DNA from: an uncultured Acidobacteriota bacterium
Lineage (GTDB): Bacteria > Acidobacteriota > Vicinamibacteria > Vicinamibacterales > SCN-69-37
Reading direction: 5' to 3'
Length of the DNA stretch: 64,000 nucleotides
Assembly (NCBI GenBank): GCA_963764505.1
Contig: CAVXSP010000001.1
Span: 1,880,608 to 1,944,607 of the forward strand
Shown: piece by piece, positions 36,950 to 46,697 of the stretch
Position numbering within the stretch: position 1 is the stretch's first letter
Layout of the letters: the number at the start of each line of letters is the position of its first letter
Position numbers and translations under genes: made by a program
The notes under the pieces: model-generated
What the model was told of the DNA's origin: nothing
What the model saw: the letters and a program-made list of their open reading frames with translations, nothing else
Databases searched by the model: none

Positions 36950-39900
36950 CTAGACCCGTTCCGGAACCGGCTCCGCCGCCGTCGGGCGCGACCGCTTCCA
37001 CCCCTCTTCGAACAACGTGTAGACGCTGGGCACCAGCACGAGCGTCACGAGCGTCGAGGCCGTCAGCCCGCCGATGACCACGCGCCCGAGCGGCGCCTGG
37101 AGCTCCCCGCCCTCGCCAAGGCCCATGGCCATCGGCACGAGGCCCAGGACCGTCGTCAGCGTGGTCATCAGGATCGGCCGCAGCCGCGTCCGGCCGGCCT
37201 GTTCGACCGCGTCACGCAGCGGCAGGCCGTCCCGGCGCCGCAGGACGTTCGTGTAGTCCACGAGCAGGATCGCGTTGCTCACGACGATCCCGGCCAGCAT
37301 GATCACTCCGATATACGCCTGAAGGCTGAAGGTCGTTGCGGTCAGCTTCAGCGCCGTGACGACGCCGATGACGGCGACGGGCACCGAGAACATGACGATG
37401 AAGGGGTCTCGCAGGGACTCGTACTGGGAGGCCATGACCGCGTAGACCAGCAGGACGCCGAGGATGAGCAGCACCTGGAGCTGGCTGAAGGCCTGGGCCT
37501 GCTGCTCGACCTGGGATCCGAATCCGACCGAGAAGTCCTGCGGCACGTGCACCTGCTGGAGCTTCGCCTGGGCGTTCTGGAGCGCGTCGCCGAGCGCGTA
37601 GGAGGCGTCCACCTCGGCGTTGACGCTCGTGATGCGCTGCTGATTCAGGCGCGAGATCTCGGTCGGGCCGGTCTGCGCCCGCAGGTCGAGCAGGTTCTTC
37701 GCCGGCAGGACCTGCCCCTGCGGCGTGCTGACCATGACGTCGTTCACCGACTCGATCCGGTCGCGGTCCTCCTGGCGCAGCCGCACCACGATCGGGAATT
37801 CCTTGCCGTTCTCGCGGTACTGAGCGGCGGTCGTGCCGCTGATGTTCGTGCGGATCGTGTTGGCGACGCCGGAGACCGTCATCCCGAGGAGCGCGGCTTT
37901 GGGCCGGTCGACGCGGATGGCCAGCTCCGGCCGCCCCTCTTCACGCCCGAGCTGCGGATTGGCGACGCCGGGCGTGTCGTTGAGGGCGGTGAGCACGTCC
38001 TGCGCGATGCGCCGGGCCTCGGTCAGGTCCTCGCCGCGAATCTCGACGGAGAGCCGGCTGTCCTGGTTGCCGCCGCTCAGCAGCCGCGTGATCTGGTTGT
38101 TGCCGCCCGACGCGCGCGTCGTGATGAAGACGCCCGGGATCCCGACGAGCTGACGCCGCAGGTCCGTGGCGATCTGATCGCTGCTGCGCTCGCGCTCGTC
38201 GCGCGGCACGAGCTGCACCTGCAGGCTGGCGGTGCCGCCGCCGCGTCCGAAGCCGCCGCTCCCGCCATTGGAGATCAGCGTCTGCATCTCCGGCACGTTG
38301 GCGCGCACCATGTCCTCCAGCCGCAGCACGACGGCCTCGAACCGTTCGATCCGCGAGCCGGGCGGCAGCCGCGCGCTGACGCTCACCTGGCCCTCGTCGG
38401 TCTGCGGCACGAGCTCGTTCGGAATCGTCGGCAGCGCCAGGAAGGCCGCGAGCGTCAGCCCGGTCGCGACGACGAACACCGTCGGCCGATGGTGCAGCGC
38501 CAGGTGCAGGAAGCGGCGATAGCCTTCGTCGATGCCGGCAAAGAACCGCTCGGTCGCCGTGAAGATGGCGCCCAGCGCGCCGCGCCGCTCCTCGGTCGGG
38601 ATCGGCAGCTTCAGGAGGCGCGAGCACAGGACCGGAACGACCGTCACGGCGACGAACAGCGACATCGCCAGCGAGAACATCACGACGACCGAGAGCTGGA
38701 CGAACAGAATGCTGGAGATCCCGCTCAGGAAGAGCAGCGGCACGAACACGGCGATGTGCGTGAGGATCGACGCGAGGATTGCCGTCCAGACCTCCTCCGC
38801 GCCTTCGACGGCCGCCTGCATGCGGGGCTTCTTCAGCTCCTCCATGTGGCGGAAGGTGTTCTCGAGCACGACGATCGAGGCATCGACGATCATGCCGACC
38901 CCGAGCGCCAGCCCTCCGAACGTCATCGTATTCAGCGTGAAGCCCGAGAAATACAGCAGCGCGAACGTGCCGATGATTGAAATCGGGATCGAGAGGCAGA
39001 TGATGAACGTCGACCGGAGGTTCCGCAGGAAGATGAAGATGATCGCGACGACCAGGAGCGCGCCGAAGTACGCGGACTCCTTCACGGACGCGATCGACCG
39101 CTCGATGTACACCGACTGGTCGTCGGTGACGGTCATATGCACACCCGGCACTTCGCGGTTGATGCGCTCGACCTCGTCGCGCACGGACTCGGCGATCGCG
39201 ACCGTGTTCTTCCCGGACTGCTTCGAGACCTGCAGCCGCACGCCGGCCTTGCCGTTGATCCGGGTGAAGTTCCGGAAGTCCTCGGTCGTGTCCTTCACGT
39301 CCGCGATGTCCTTCAGGTAGATCGGCACGTCGCCACGGCTGAAGACGACGAGGTCGCGGAGCTGATCGAGATTCTGGAACTCGCCCTGGCTGCGCAGCAG
39401 GAACGTCGTGTCGCCTTCGTCGATCTCGCCGAGGGGCACGTTCTGGTTCTCGGTGCGGATGGTGTTGATCACGCGGTCGACCGGCAGGTCGAGCGCGGCA
39501 ATCTTCTCGCGCGAGAGCTCGACGTGGATCTGGCGGCGGAGTCCGCCGTTGACGGTCACCGCGGCGACGCCGTCCACCCGCTCGAGCCGGGGACCGAGGT
39601 CCTGCTCGGCCAGCTCGCGCAGCGTGACGCGGTCGTAGTTGCCTTCCAGGCCGATGCCCATGATCGGCGCCTGCGAGGCGTCGAACTTCTGGATGCTCGG
39701 CGGATCCGCCTCGAGCGGCAGCCGCCCGCGGATGCGATCCACGCGCGTGCGCACCTCGTCGGCCGCCTCGCTCAGCGACGTGCCCCAGGCGAAGTTCAGG
39801 CGCACCATGCCGCGCCCCTCCGACGCCGTCGAGTTCATCCGCTCGAGTCCCGGCACCGCCGCGAGCGACTGCTCGAGCGGACGGACGATGAGCGTCTCGA

Positions 39901-40075
39901 TCTCGAGGGGGCCGACGCCCGAGTACCCGACGCTGACGGTGATGCTCGGATAGGTCACCTCGGGCAGCAGGTCGACCGGCAGGCGGAAGAGCGAGATCAG
40001 CCCGAGCAGGACGACGACGCCCGAGATCATGAACATCGTCACGGGACGTTGGATGGCGATGCGAGGAATGCTCAT
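36950..40075 (-). CDS. RND (AcrB/HAE1-like) inner-membrane efflux transporter.
   Basis: The protein is 1041 aa and begins with the typical N-terminus [34 protein letters not shown]. It has a 12-TM, two-large-loop architecture. Confidence 0.9.
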   Translation of the reverse strand: MSIPRIAIQRPVTMFMISGVVVLLGLISLFRLPVDLLPEVTYPSITVSVGYSGVGPLEIETLIVRPLEQSLAAVPGLERMNSTASEGRGMVRLNFAWGTSLSEAADEVRTRVDRIRGRLPLEADPPSIQKFDASQAPIMGIGLEGNYDRVTLRELAEQDLGPRLERVDGVAAVTVNGGLRRQIHVELSREKIAALDLPVDRVINTIRTENQNVPLGEIDEGDTTFLLRSQGEFQNLDQLRDLVVFSRGDVPIYLKDIADVKDTTEDFRNFTRINGKAGVRLQVSKQSGKNTVAIAESVRDEVERINREVPGVHMTVTDDQSVYIERSIASVKESAYFGALLVVAIIFIFLRNLRSTFIICLSIPISIIGTFALLYFSGFTLNTMTFGGLALGVGMIVDASIVVLENTFRHMEELKKPRMQAAVEGAEEVWTAILASILTHIAVFVPLLFLSGISSILFVQLSVVVMFSLAMSLFVAVTVVPVLCSRLLKLPIPTEERRGALGAIFTATERFFAGIDEGYRRFLHLALHHRPTVFVVATGLTLAAFLALPTIPNELVPQTDEGQVSVSARLPPGSRIERFEAVVLRLEDMVRANVPEMQTLISNGGSGGFGRGGGTASLQVQLVPRDERERSSDQIATDLRRQLVGIPGVFITTRASGGNNQITRLLSGGNQDSRLSVEIRGEDLTEARRIAQDVLTALNDTPGVANPQLGREEGRPELAIRVDRPKAALLGMTVSGVANTIRTNISGTTAAQYRENGKEFPIVVRLRQEDRDRIESVNDVMVSTPQGQVLPAKNLLDLRAQTGPTEISRLNQQRITSVNAEVDASYALGDALQNAQAKLQQVHVPQDFSVGFGSQVEQQAQAFSQLQVLLILGVLLVYAVMASQYESLRDPFIVMFSVPVAVIGVVTALKLTATTFSLQAYIGVIMLAGIVVSNAILLVDYTNVLRRRDGLPLRDAVEQAGRTRLRPILMTTLTTVLGLVPMAMGLGEGGELQAPLGRVVIGGLTASTLVTLVLVPSVYTLFEEGWKRSRPTAAEPVPERV

Positions 40076-40102
40076 GGCGGCCCCTGATTCGAGTGTGTGA
40101 AC

Positions 40103-41365
40103 CTACTGCTTGCCCGACGCGTCCGTGCCGGCAGCGGGTCCGCCGCCGCGGCGCCCACCGCGCCCGCGCCCGCCGCGCCCGTTCTGGCCGGCCCCAGCCT
40201 GGAGCTGCACCCGGTCGCCGTCCTTGATCGCAAGGGCCCCGGTCGTGACGACGCGCTGGCCTTCGTCGATGCCCTGGACGATCTGGACGCGGTCGCCGTC
40301 CTGCATGCCGGTCCGGACCGGGCGGAAGTGCGCGACCTGCTGTTCGATGACGAACACGCCGCGCTGCCCCTCGAGATCGACGATCGCGTTGCGGGGCACC
40401 GTCAGGGCATCGGGCTGGCGGTCGGCGGTCAGGGCCACGCGCGCGTACATGCCGGGCTTGAGGCGGTAGCCCGGGTTCGGGATCTCGATCTCCATCGAGG
40501 CCGTCCGCGTGGCCGCGTCGAAGACGGGCGAGACGCGGCTCACCTTGCCGGCGAACTTCTCGCCCGGGAAGGCGTCCACCTCGACGATCGCCTCGAGCCC
40601 GGGCTGGATGCGACGGAAGTCCTTCTCCACGAGGCTCGCGACCATGCGCACCGTGTTGATGGCCACGACCGAGAGGACGGGCGAGTTCGTCCCGGCGAAC
40701 GCGCCGGGATCGAGGTTGCGCCGGCTGACGAAGCCGTCGACCGGCGAGATGATCTTCGTGTTGCTCAGCGTGACCTTCAGCTCTTCGATCCGCGCCTGCG
40801 TCTGCGACGCCTGCGCGCTGGCCACGTCGAGCTGCGCAAGCGCCGAGCTGTAGCGCGCGTCGGCGTCGTCGAGGTTCTGCTTCGAGGTCAGGCCGGCGGA
40901 GAACATCGTCTTCTGCCGCTGGAGCGTCACCTCGGCGGACTTCGAATCGCTCTGGCGCGTGCGGACGGTGGCCTTGTTGACCTCCAGGTTCGCTTCCGCC
41001 TGGGCCATCTGCTCGCGCACGTCCCGGTCGTCCATCTCCGCCACGACCTGGCCGTGGGTGACCCGGTCGCCCATCTTGACGTTGACCGACTCGATGCGGC
41101 CCGCGAGCCGCGGGACGACGTCGACGGTCGATTCGCCAATCAGGTTGCCGACGACGGTGATGTACTCGGCAATCTCGCGGCGGGCCACCGGCGCGGCATC
41201 GACCGTCATCGCCAGGCCGCCGCCACGGCCGCCGCGGCCGCCGCCGGGCGCGCCCGTGGACGGCGCCGCGCCCGCGCCGCCCGTCCCCGTGCGGGAGTAG
41301 TACCAGCCGCCGGCGCCGACGGCGCCGACCATGAGCACCACCAATGCAAGCTTCTTCACGTTCAT
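40103..41365 (-). CDS. RND efflux periplasmic adaptor (AcrA-like MFP) with G/R-rich N- and C-terminal tracts.
   Basis: Motifs include RIESVNVKMGDRVTHGQVVAEMD and ISPVDGFVSRRNLDPG. The start is at the internal ATG (MNVKKLALVVL). Confidence 0.85.
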   Translation of the reverse strand: MNVKKLALVVLMVGAVGAGGWYYSRTGTGGAGAAPSTGAPGGGRGGRGGGLAMTVDAAPVARREIAEYITVVGNLIGESTVDVVPRLAGRIESVNVKMGDRVTHGQVVAEMDDRDVREQMAQAEANLEVNKATVRTRQSDSKSAEVTLQRQKTMFSAGLTSKQNLDDADARYSSALAQLDVASAQASQTQARIEELKVTLSNTKIISPVDGFVSRRNLDPGAFAGTNSPVLSVVAINTVRMVASLVEKDFRRIQPGLEAIVEVDAFPGEKFAGKVSRVSPVFDAATRTASMEIEIPNPGYRLKPGMYARVALTADRQPDALTVPRNAIVDLEGQRGVFVIEQQVAHFRPVRTGMQDGDRVQIVQGIDEGQRVVTTGALAIKDGDRVQLQAGAGQNGRGGRGRGGRRGGGPAAGTDASGKQ

Positions 41366-41378
41366 TCTCCGGGAGCTC

Positions 41379-41558
41379 GCATCGAACGAGGCTCCCATCG
41401 GTCGATGCGAGCATCTCTCGAGGCTTGCATCGACCTGCTCTGCATCGAACGTCCCGTCGCTCCGCGTGTTGCAGATGCGCGTCTCACACGCTGCATGTAC
41501 CGGTCGATGCAGGCCTCAATCGATGGAGCCATCCGTCGATGCCGCCGTCCGTCGACGC
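41379..41558. repeat. Cluster of GTCGATGC / GCATCGA(A/C) octamers in the tolC-MFP intergenic region.
   Basis: GTCGATGC occurs at 41401, 41503 and 41535, with GTCGACGC at 41551. The complement GCATCGAA/C occurs at 41379, 41427 and 41442. A ~25-nt direct repeat starts at 41399 and 41501 (CGGTCGATGC..GC.TC..TCGA.G). Confidence 0.8.
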
Positions 41559-41567
41559 CACAATCAC

Positions 41568-43235
41568 TCACTGGCCGCCGCCCCCGCTCGTGCCGCCGAT
41601 CCGCTGTCTCTTCTCGTAGTCGGCGATGGCGTTCACGTAGGCGATGATCGAGTTCAGCTCGCTGACGCGGGCCGCGGTGAGGTTGTTCTGCGCCTGCGCG
41701 ATGTTGTAGTTGTTCGACATGCCGTTGTCGAACCGCGTCTGCTCGGCGTCGGCATTCCGCTCGGCCGCTTCGCGCGCGGTGCGCGCCGCCAGCAGCTGCT
41801 GATAGGTGTTCTGCACGGCGAGCCCGGCGCTCGTGACGTCGGTCGACACCGACAGCTCCTGCGCCTTGAGGTTGGCCAGCGCCTGCTGGTACTGGATCTG
41901 CGCCTGGGCGAGGGCCGCACGCTGCGCCACCATGCCGAGCGGATAGCTGAAGCTCACCCCGACCGTCCACGTCGGCTGGTCCAGCTGGCTGATGCCGCGC
42001 AGCACGTCGACGTAGCCGCTCTCGGTGGTGAGCTCCCTGGCCCCGGTCGTCCGGTCCACCGTGAAGACGTTGCCGCCGGTGCCGTTGAGGGTGTAGCCAG
42101 CAGTCATGTTCAGCGTGGGCAGCGTGGCGTTCTTCCGCAGCGCCAGCGTGAAGGAGGTCGACTCGAGATTCTTCTTGGTCTGCGCGATGTCGGTCCGCTC
42201 CTGCAGCGCCGTTTGGATCGCGCCGGGAATGTCGACCTGCACCTGGTCGAGCGCGGGCGGCTGCTCGGTCGGGTTGATCGTCTGGCCGTAGAGCGGATCC
42301 TCCGTACCGGTGACCAGCAGGCGCTTGAACGTCAGCTCGGCCGTCTGCCACGAGACCTTCGCGTTGAGCAGCGCCTGCTCGTTGTTCGCCACGGTCGCCT
42401 CGTTCTGGACGAGGTCGATCGGCGCCATCGTGCCAATCTCCACCTTCGTGCGGTTGTCCTGCAGCAGCCGCTGCGAGAGCTCGAGCGCGCGCTTCTGGAT
42501 CTCCACCTGTTCGATGGCCCGCCGCAGCGCCCAGTAGGCCACGCGGACGCTCGCCTTGGTGTTCTCGATCCGCTCGAGCAGCTGGATGTCGACGATCTGC
42601 CGCTGGATCTGCTGCGTGCGCACGTTGTTCCGCGCGTTGTCGACCTTGAAATTCGCGAGCAGCGGCTGCGTGTAGTTCAGCCGCGTCGAGCCGTTGAACG
42701 TCGTCGGCCGGGTGTTCGTGACCACGTTGTTCGCCGCCCTACCCGACGTGAACGTCACGGAATAGTTCGACCCGAACTTCGGCAGCGACTGGCTCAGCTG
42801 CGTGTTGTAGCTCTGTTGCTGGTTGATGACCCGGCTCACGCCCTCGAGGGTGTTGGTCGAGACCTGCGAGCTGTGGTTCTGGTTGAAGTTGCCCGACAGC
42901 GTCGGCCGGAACGCCGCGCGCGCCGCCTGCAGGCTGTAGTCGGTGATCTGCGGATTCATCCGCGCGACCTTGAGATCCAGGTTGTTCTCGAGCGCGATCT
43001 CGATCGCCTGTTCGAGCGTCATGTCCCGAAGGGACGCGCCCGGCTCGACCGGCGGCTTCGCCTGCCCGACGATGTAGGGCTCGACCGTCGCGGGCTGCCC
43101 CGGGGCCTGCGCCGCGCCACCCGGCGCCGGCGCCGGGGGCGGCTGCTGCGCAAGGGCCGGCGCCACCAGGCCGAAGATCGCCGCCACCAGGGTCCACGTT
43201 CTCGCGTGCCGAATCATGTTCGTCCTCTGCGTCAT
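41568..43235 (-). CDS. TolC-family outer-membrane efflux protein.
   Basis: A signal peptide is followed by two repeated halves (LTLEQAIEIALENNLDLK...) typical of outer-membrane factors. The start could be at 43235, 43217 or 43286. Confidence 0.8.
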   Translation of the reverse strand: MTQRTNMIRHARTWTLVAAIFGLVAPALAQQPPPAPAPGGAAQAPGQPATVEPYIVGQAKPPVEPGASLRDMTLEQAIEIALENNLDLKVARMNPQITDYSLQAARAAFRPTLSGNFNQNHSSQVSTNTLEGVSRVINQQQSYNTQLSQSLPKFGSNYSVTFTSGRAANNVVTNTRPTTFNGSTRLNYTQPLLANFKVDNARNNVRTQQIQRQIVDIQLLERIENTKASVRVAYWALRRAIEQVEIQKRALELSQRLLQDNRTKVEIGTMAPIDLVQNEATVANNEQALLNAKVSWQTAELTFKRLLVTGTEDPLYGQTINPTEQPPALDQVQVDIPGAIQTALQERTDIAQTKKNLESTSFTLALRKNATLPTLNMTAGYTLNGTGGNVFTVDRTTGARELTTESGYVDVLRGISQLDQPTWTVGVSFSYPLGMVAQRAALAQAQIQYQQALANLKAQELSVSTDVTSAGLAVQNTYQQLLAARTAREAAERNADAEQTRFDNGMSNNYNIAQAQNNLTAARVSELNSIIAYVNAIADYEKRQRIGGTSGGGGQ

Positions 43236-43393
43236 TTCCGTCTCCGTCTCGATCGAACGAATCCCGGCGCCGGGCACGCGCCGCATGGCTCGGCCCGCAT
43301 CGCGCGTTGGGCCTTGGCAAAGGCGCGGATCACTCGACGTTCTGAACCTCGATATCGCTGAACGCCCCGGATGAGCGCGCAGTCAGCTACGGA

Positions 43394-44023
43394 CTACGGG
43401 TGCGGCAGGTTCCCGTCAGGGCCCCGCCCGCGTCCGCGCTCCTGCTGTTCCCGGTGCTCTCGCTCGAATATCTGCTGCAGCTTCTGGTTCTGTTCCGGCG
43501 TGATGACCCGCGACATCTCGTAGAGCAGCCTCACCCGGCTGACGACCACTTCCATCTGGGGGTACGTCAGCCGCCGGGCCTGAGCCTCCACGTCGTCCGC
43601 CCGGGCGCTGCGGTCGCGGAACATCTGATCGAGCTCCGCCTTGAGCCGCTTGTACTCGTCCACGGTCGGCTGGATCTGCTTCTGCCGCTGTTCGTACAGC
43701 CGGTCCAACTTCATGGTCTGGGCCGAGGTCAGCCCGAGCTCACGCGCCATTTCCGCGTCGCGCCACCAGGCCCGCGGCTCCGGCGCGCCGGGCACGCCAC
43801 GGCCGGGCCCGTCCGGCCGGCGGGAATCGCGCTGGGCGGCTGGATGCGTCGCCCGCGCGTCGTGCGCGCTCCTCTCGAGCGCCGGTCGCCGCAGCCCGAC
43901 CCCGGGGACATGTTCGGCAATCGCCAGCACCGCGGGGCCACTCAGCGCCAGACAGGCCGTCAGGCCGGCCGCGACCGCCGCCACCCGCGTAACGCTCAGA
44001 TGGGAAAGGACCCTGCGAGGCAC
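43394..44023 (-). CDS. Spy/CpxP-family (LTXXQ-motif) periplasmic protein.
   Basis: It has an N-terminal anchor or signal and LTXXQ-like motifs (LGLTSAQ, ITPEQ). It lies directly upstream of the efflux genes. The start is GTG. Confidence 0.55.
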   Translation of the reverse strand: MPRRVLSHLSVTRVAAVAAGLTACLALSGPAVLAIAEHVPGVGLRRPALERSAHDARATHPAAQRDSRRPDGPGRGVPGAPEPRAWWRDAEMARELGLTSAQTMKLDRLYEQRQKQIQPTVDEYKRLKAELDQMFRDRSARADDVEAQARRLTYPQMEVVVSRVRLLYEMSRVITPEQNQKLQQIFEREHREQQERGRGRGPDGNLPHP

Positions 44024-44066
44024 ACTGCACTTACGCCGAGGTCGCGCGCGACGTTTACACCTGCCA

Positions 44067-45224
44067 TCAGCCCTGCGCCAGCGCTTCGAGGCGCTCGACG
44101 ACCTCCCCGACGATGTTGTTCGGCGTCGACGCTCCGGCGGTCAGGGCGATCGTCACGGAGCCGGCAGGCAGCCACGCTTCCGTCAGGATTTCCCCGACGA
44201 CGGTCGTGGACGGCGCACCCACCGGACGATGCCGGATCGTCTGCGGGGAGACGAGACACGTGCTGTCCGCGATGTGGTAAGTGGGCACGCGGCTCGCGCA
44301 GATGCGGGCGAGATTGCAGGTGTTGCTGCTGTTGTAGCCGCCGATGACGAGGGCCACGTCCGGTGCGTGCTCGTCGAGGAGATCGAACACCGCGTCCTGC
44401 CGCTCCTGCGTCGCGCTGCAGATCGTGTCGAAGGCCCGGAATCGCGCGGGAAGCTGGTCTTCGCCGAACCGGTCGGCCATCGCCTGCTTCAGCATGTCCG
44501 CGATCCGCAGCGAATCGCTCATGAGCATCGTCGTCTGATTCGCGCACCCGATGCGCTCGAGGTGCCGGGCCGGGTCGAACCCCGGCGAGGTCGCCGCTCC
44601 GAATCGTGAGAGGAATGCCTCACCCGATCCGCCGTGGCGGATCTGCTCGCAGGCGATCCGGGTCTCCGCCTCGTCCAGGACGACGAGGAAGTGTCCGTCG
44701 GGGAAGCGCGTCGCCTGGGACGCGGTGGCGCGCGTCTCTTCGTGGTGCACCTTCCCGTGAATGACCGCCGTGAAGCCCTCCTGCGCGTAGCGACGGACGT
44801 TCTTCCAGACGTTGAGGACCGATCCGCATGTCGTGTCGACCAGCGTGCACCCCTGTCGTTCGAGGCGCGCCAGCTCGCTCACGCTCACGCCGAAGGCCGG
44901 CACGATCACGACGTCGTCCGGCCCGATGCCGGCCGCATCCTCGCCCGGATCGCTCAGGAACCGGATCCCGAGCGCGCGGAGCCGATCGTTGACGTGCGGG
45001 TTGTGGATGATCTCGTCGGTCAGATAGACGCGCTGGCGGGGGAACCGCTTGCGAGTCTGATACGCGTAGTCGACGGCGCGCTCCACGCCGTAGCAGAAGC
45101 CGAATTCGCGCGCCAGATGCATGGCGAGGCGGCCGTGCCGTCGGACGAAACCGCCCGCGCGAATCTCGTCGACGATGCGGCTGTGATACGCCGCGGCGAG
45201 GTCGGCGGCGACGGCCTCTTTCAT
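44067..45224 (-). CDS. ispH: 4-hydroxy-3-methylbut-2-enyl diphosphate reductase.
   Basis: Motifs FGFCYGVERAV, IIHNPHVN, DTTCGSVLNVW, HGKVHHEE and GGYNSSNT are present. The ATG at 45224 is preferred, with an alternative TTG at 45257. Confidence 0.85.
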   Translation of the reverse strand: MKEAVAADLAAAYHSRIVDEIRAGGFVRRHGRLAMHLAREFGFCYGVERAVDYAYQTRKRFPRQRVYLTDEIIHNPHVNDRLRALGIRFLSDPGEDAAGIGPDDVVIVPAFGVSVSELARLERQGCTLVDTTCGSVLNVWKNVRRYAQEGFTAVIHGKVHHEETRATASQATRFPDGHFLVVLDEAETRIACEQIRHGGSGEAFLSRFGAATSPGFDPARHLERIGCANQTTMLMSDSLRIADMLKQAMADRFGEDQLPARFRAFDTICSATQERQDAVFDLLDEHAPDVALVIGGYNSSNTCNLARICASRVPTYHIADSTCLVSPQTIRHRPVGAPSTTVVGEILTEAWLPAGSVTIALTAGASTPNNIVGEVVERLEALAQG

Positions 45225-45265
45225 GTCGAGGCCCTTGCGGAAGATGAGGGAAGGCAAGGGAAATC

Positions 45266-45318
45266 TACAATTTACAATTCAAGGTTGGATTCCGGTCTGC
45301 TTTGAATTGTCAATTGTA
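45266..45318. repeat. AT-rich inverted heptamer arrays forming a 17-bp stem: (TACAATT)2CAA, 19 nt, TTG(AATTGTC)(AATTGTA).
   Basis: Read directly from the sequence. The stem has one mismatch and lies between the anti-sigma stop and the ispH start. Confidence 0.85.
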
Positions 45319-45339
45319 AATCGTGAACGGCCGTTCCCC

Positions 45340-45981
45340 TCACTGCCCCAGCCGCACCGGCCGGAAGACATGATCGGACGCAGGAAGCAGGTGCGGCGTG
45401 TAGGCATCGAGCGCCTGGGCCGAGTCGAGCTGCGGCCGGTCGTATTCGTCCAGATCCAGCGACATGTAGTTGAACGCGGTCGTCGTGCTGGCGGTGGTCG
45501 GCGCGGCCGGCGCCGAAGGCTGCTGCATTTCGACCGGCACGGTCGGTGCCGCGGCGCGCTGAGGCGCGAGCCGCGCCGTCAGCTGGCCGCCGATCAGGCC
45601 GAGCACGAGGCCGGCGGCGGCCGCGACGCCGATCCAGGCGGGTCGAATACCGTGAGTGCCGGTGCCGAGCCGATCGTCGCGCAGCTGACCGGGAAACGCG
45701 ATGACCCGTGCCGGACGATCCGCCTGTTCCAGGCGCCGGAGAATCTGGGTCTGCTGCAGCGCGAGGCGCTCGGCCGGAAATGCCGCATCGGCCTCTTCGA
45801 GACCGACCGTGCGGACGTCGTCGAGCCAGCGGCCGAGCTCGACGGCGCGCTCGGCGCAGATGTCGCACCGCTCCAGATGCGACGGACGCTGGCCGGTCAT
45901 GTAGACGTCGACCAGGGCGCGCTCCGAAAGATGACCTCCGCGGAGAATCGAGTCAGCGAGCCGCACGGCTGGACCTCCCAC
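45340..45981 (-). CDS. Anti-sigma factor (zf-HC2-like N-terminus, single TM, extracytoplasmic C-terminus).
   Basis: The N-terminus has H..(x)..C..C (HLERCDICAERA) and the TM segment is AWIGVAAAAGLVLGLIGG. The gene lies downstream of and overlaps the ECF sigma gene. The start is uncertain (GTG at 45981 or 45966). Confidence 0.65.
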   Translation of the reverse strand: MGGPAVRLADSILRGGHLSERALVDVYMTGQRPSHLERCDICAERAVELGRWLDDVRTVGLEEADAAFPAERLALQQTQILRRLEQADRPARVIAFPGQLRDDRLGTGTHGIRPAWIGVAAAAGLVLGLIGGQLTARLAPQRAAAPTVPVEMQQPSAPAAPTTASTTTAFNYMSLDLDEYDRPQLDSAQALDAYTPHLLPASDHVFRPVRLGQ

Positions 45982-46627
45982 GCGCCACGGCCACCGGCGC
46001 CCCGCCGCCCAGCAGGGTCCGCAGGCGCCGGATGGCGCGGAACAGATGCACACGAACGGTCGACTCGTTCAGGCCCGTCATCGCGCTCACTTCCCTGGAC
46101 GATCGACCATCGTAGTGACTCAGCATGAAAATCAACCGCTGCCGGTCGGGCAGCCGCGCGAGGGCGCCGGAGAGCTGCCGTCGCCGCTCGTTCGAGAGCA
46201 CCTGCTCCTCCGGGCTCGGTCCTCGCGAGGGGAGGTAGTCGCCCGGATCGCGCTCGGTGCCGTACGCGTCGGTGACCGGGGGCGCCAGCCACCGCTCTCT
46301 CCGATGCCGCGCCTTCAGCCGGTCCAGGCATCCATTGATCAGGATGCGCGTGAACCACACCTCGAATGGCAGTTCCTCCCGGAACGTGCTGAGGTGCATG
46401 TAGGCCTTCACGAAGGCGTCCTGCACGGCCTCGTCGGCGTCCGCCGCGTCGCGCAGGTAATGGAACGCGATGCGCGTCGCTCGCCGCTGATGCCGCTCGA
46501 TGAGCTCCGCGAACCGCTCGCGCGCCTGATCGAGCTGGCTGGCCGCCTGCAGCGCCTTGACGTCGATGGCGGCGCGTGCGTCGGCTTCCCGTGGGCTGAC
46601 GCCGGTCGGCATCAAGGGGCCTGACAT
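45953..46627 (-). CDS. ECF (group IV) sigma-70 family factor.
   Basis: Region 2 reads RIAFHYLRDAADADEAVQDAFVKAY...FEVWFTRILIN. Region 4 reads LPDRQRLIFMLSHYDGRSSREVSAMTGLNESTVRVHLFRAIRRL. Confidence 0.9.
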   Translation of the reverse strand: MSGPLMPTGVSPREADARAAIDVKALQAASQLDQARERFAELIERHQRRATRIAFHYLRDAADADEAVQDAFVKAYMHLSTFREELPFEVWFTRILINGCLDRLKARHRRERWLAPPVTDAYGTERDPGDYLPSRGPSPEEQVLSNERRRQLSGALARLPDRQRLIFMLSHYDGRSSREVSAMTGLNESTVRVHLFRAIRRLRTLLGGGAPVAVARGRSSRAAR

Positions 46628-46663
46628 GGGATACGTCTTCCAATCGCTGGCGTTTACGCGTTC

Positions 46664-46672
46664 ATTCTAGCA
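46664..46672 (-). promoter_or_regulatory. Candidate extended -10 element (TGCTAGAAT) upstream of the ECF sigma gene.
   Basis: The minus strand reads TGCTAGAAT, 37 nt upstream of the ATG at 46627. Confidence 0.4.
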
Positions 46673-46697
46673 GGCTCCGGGCGCCGGGCCTATCGCC

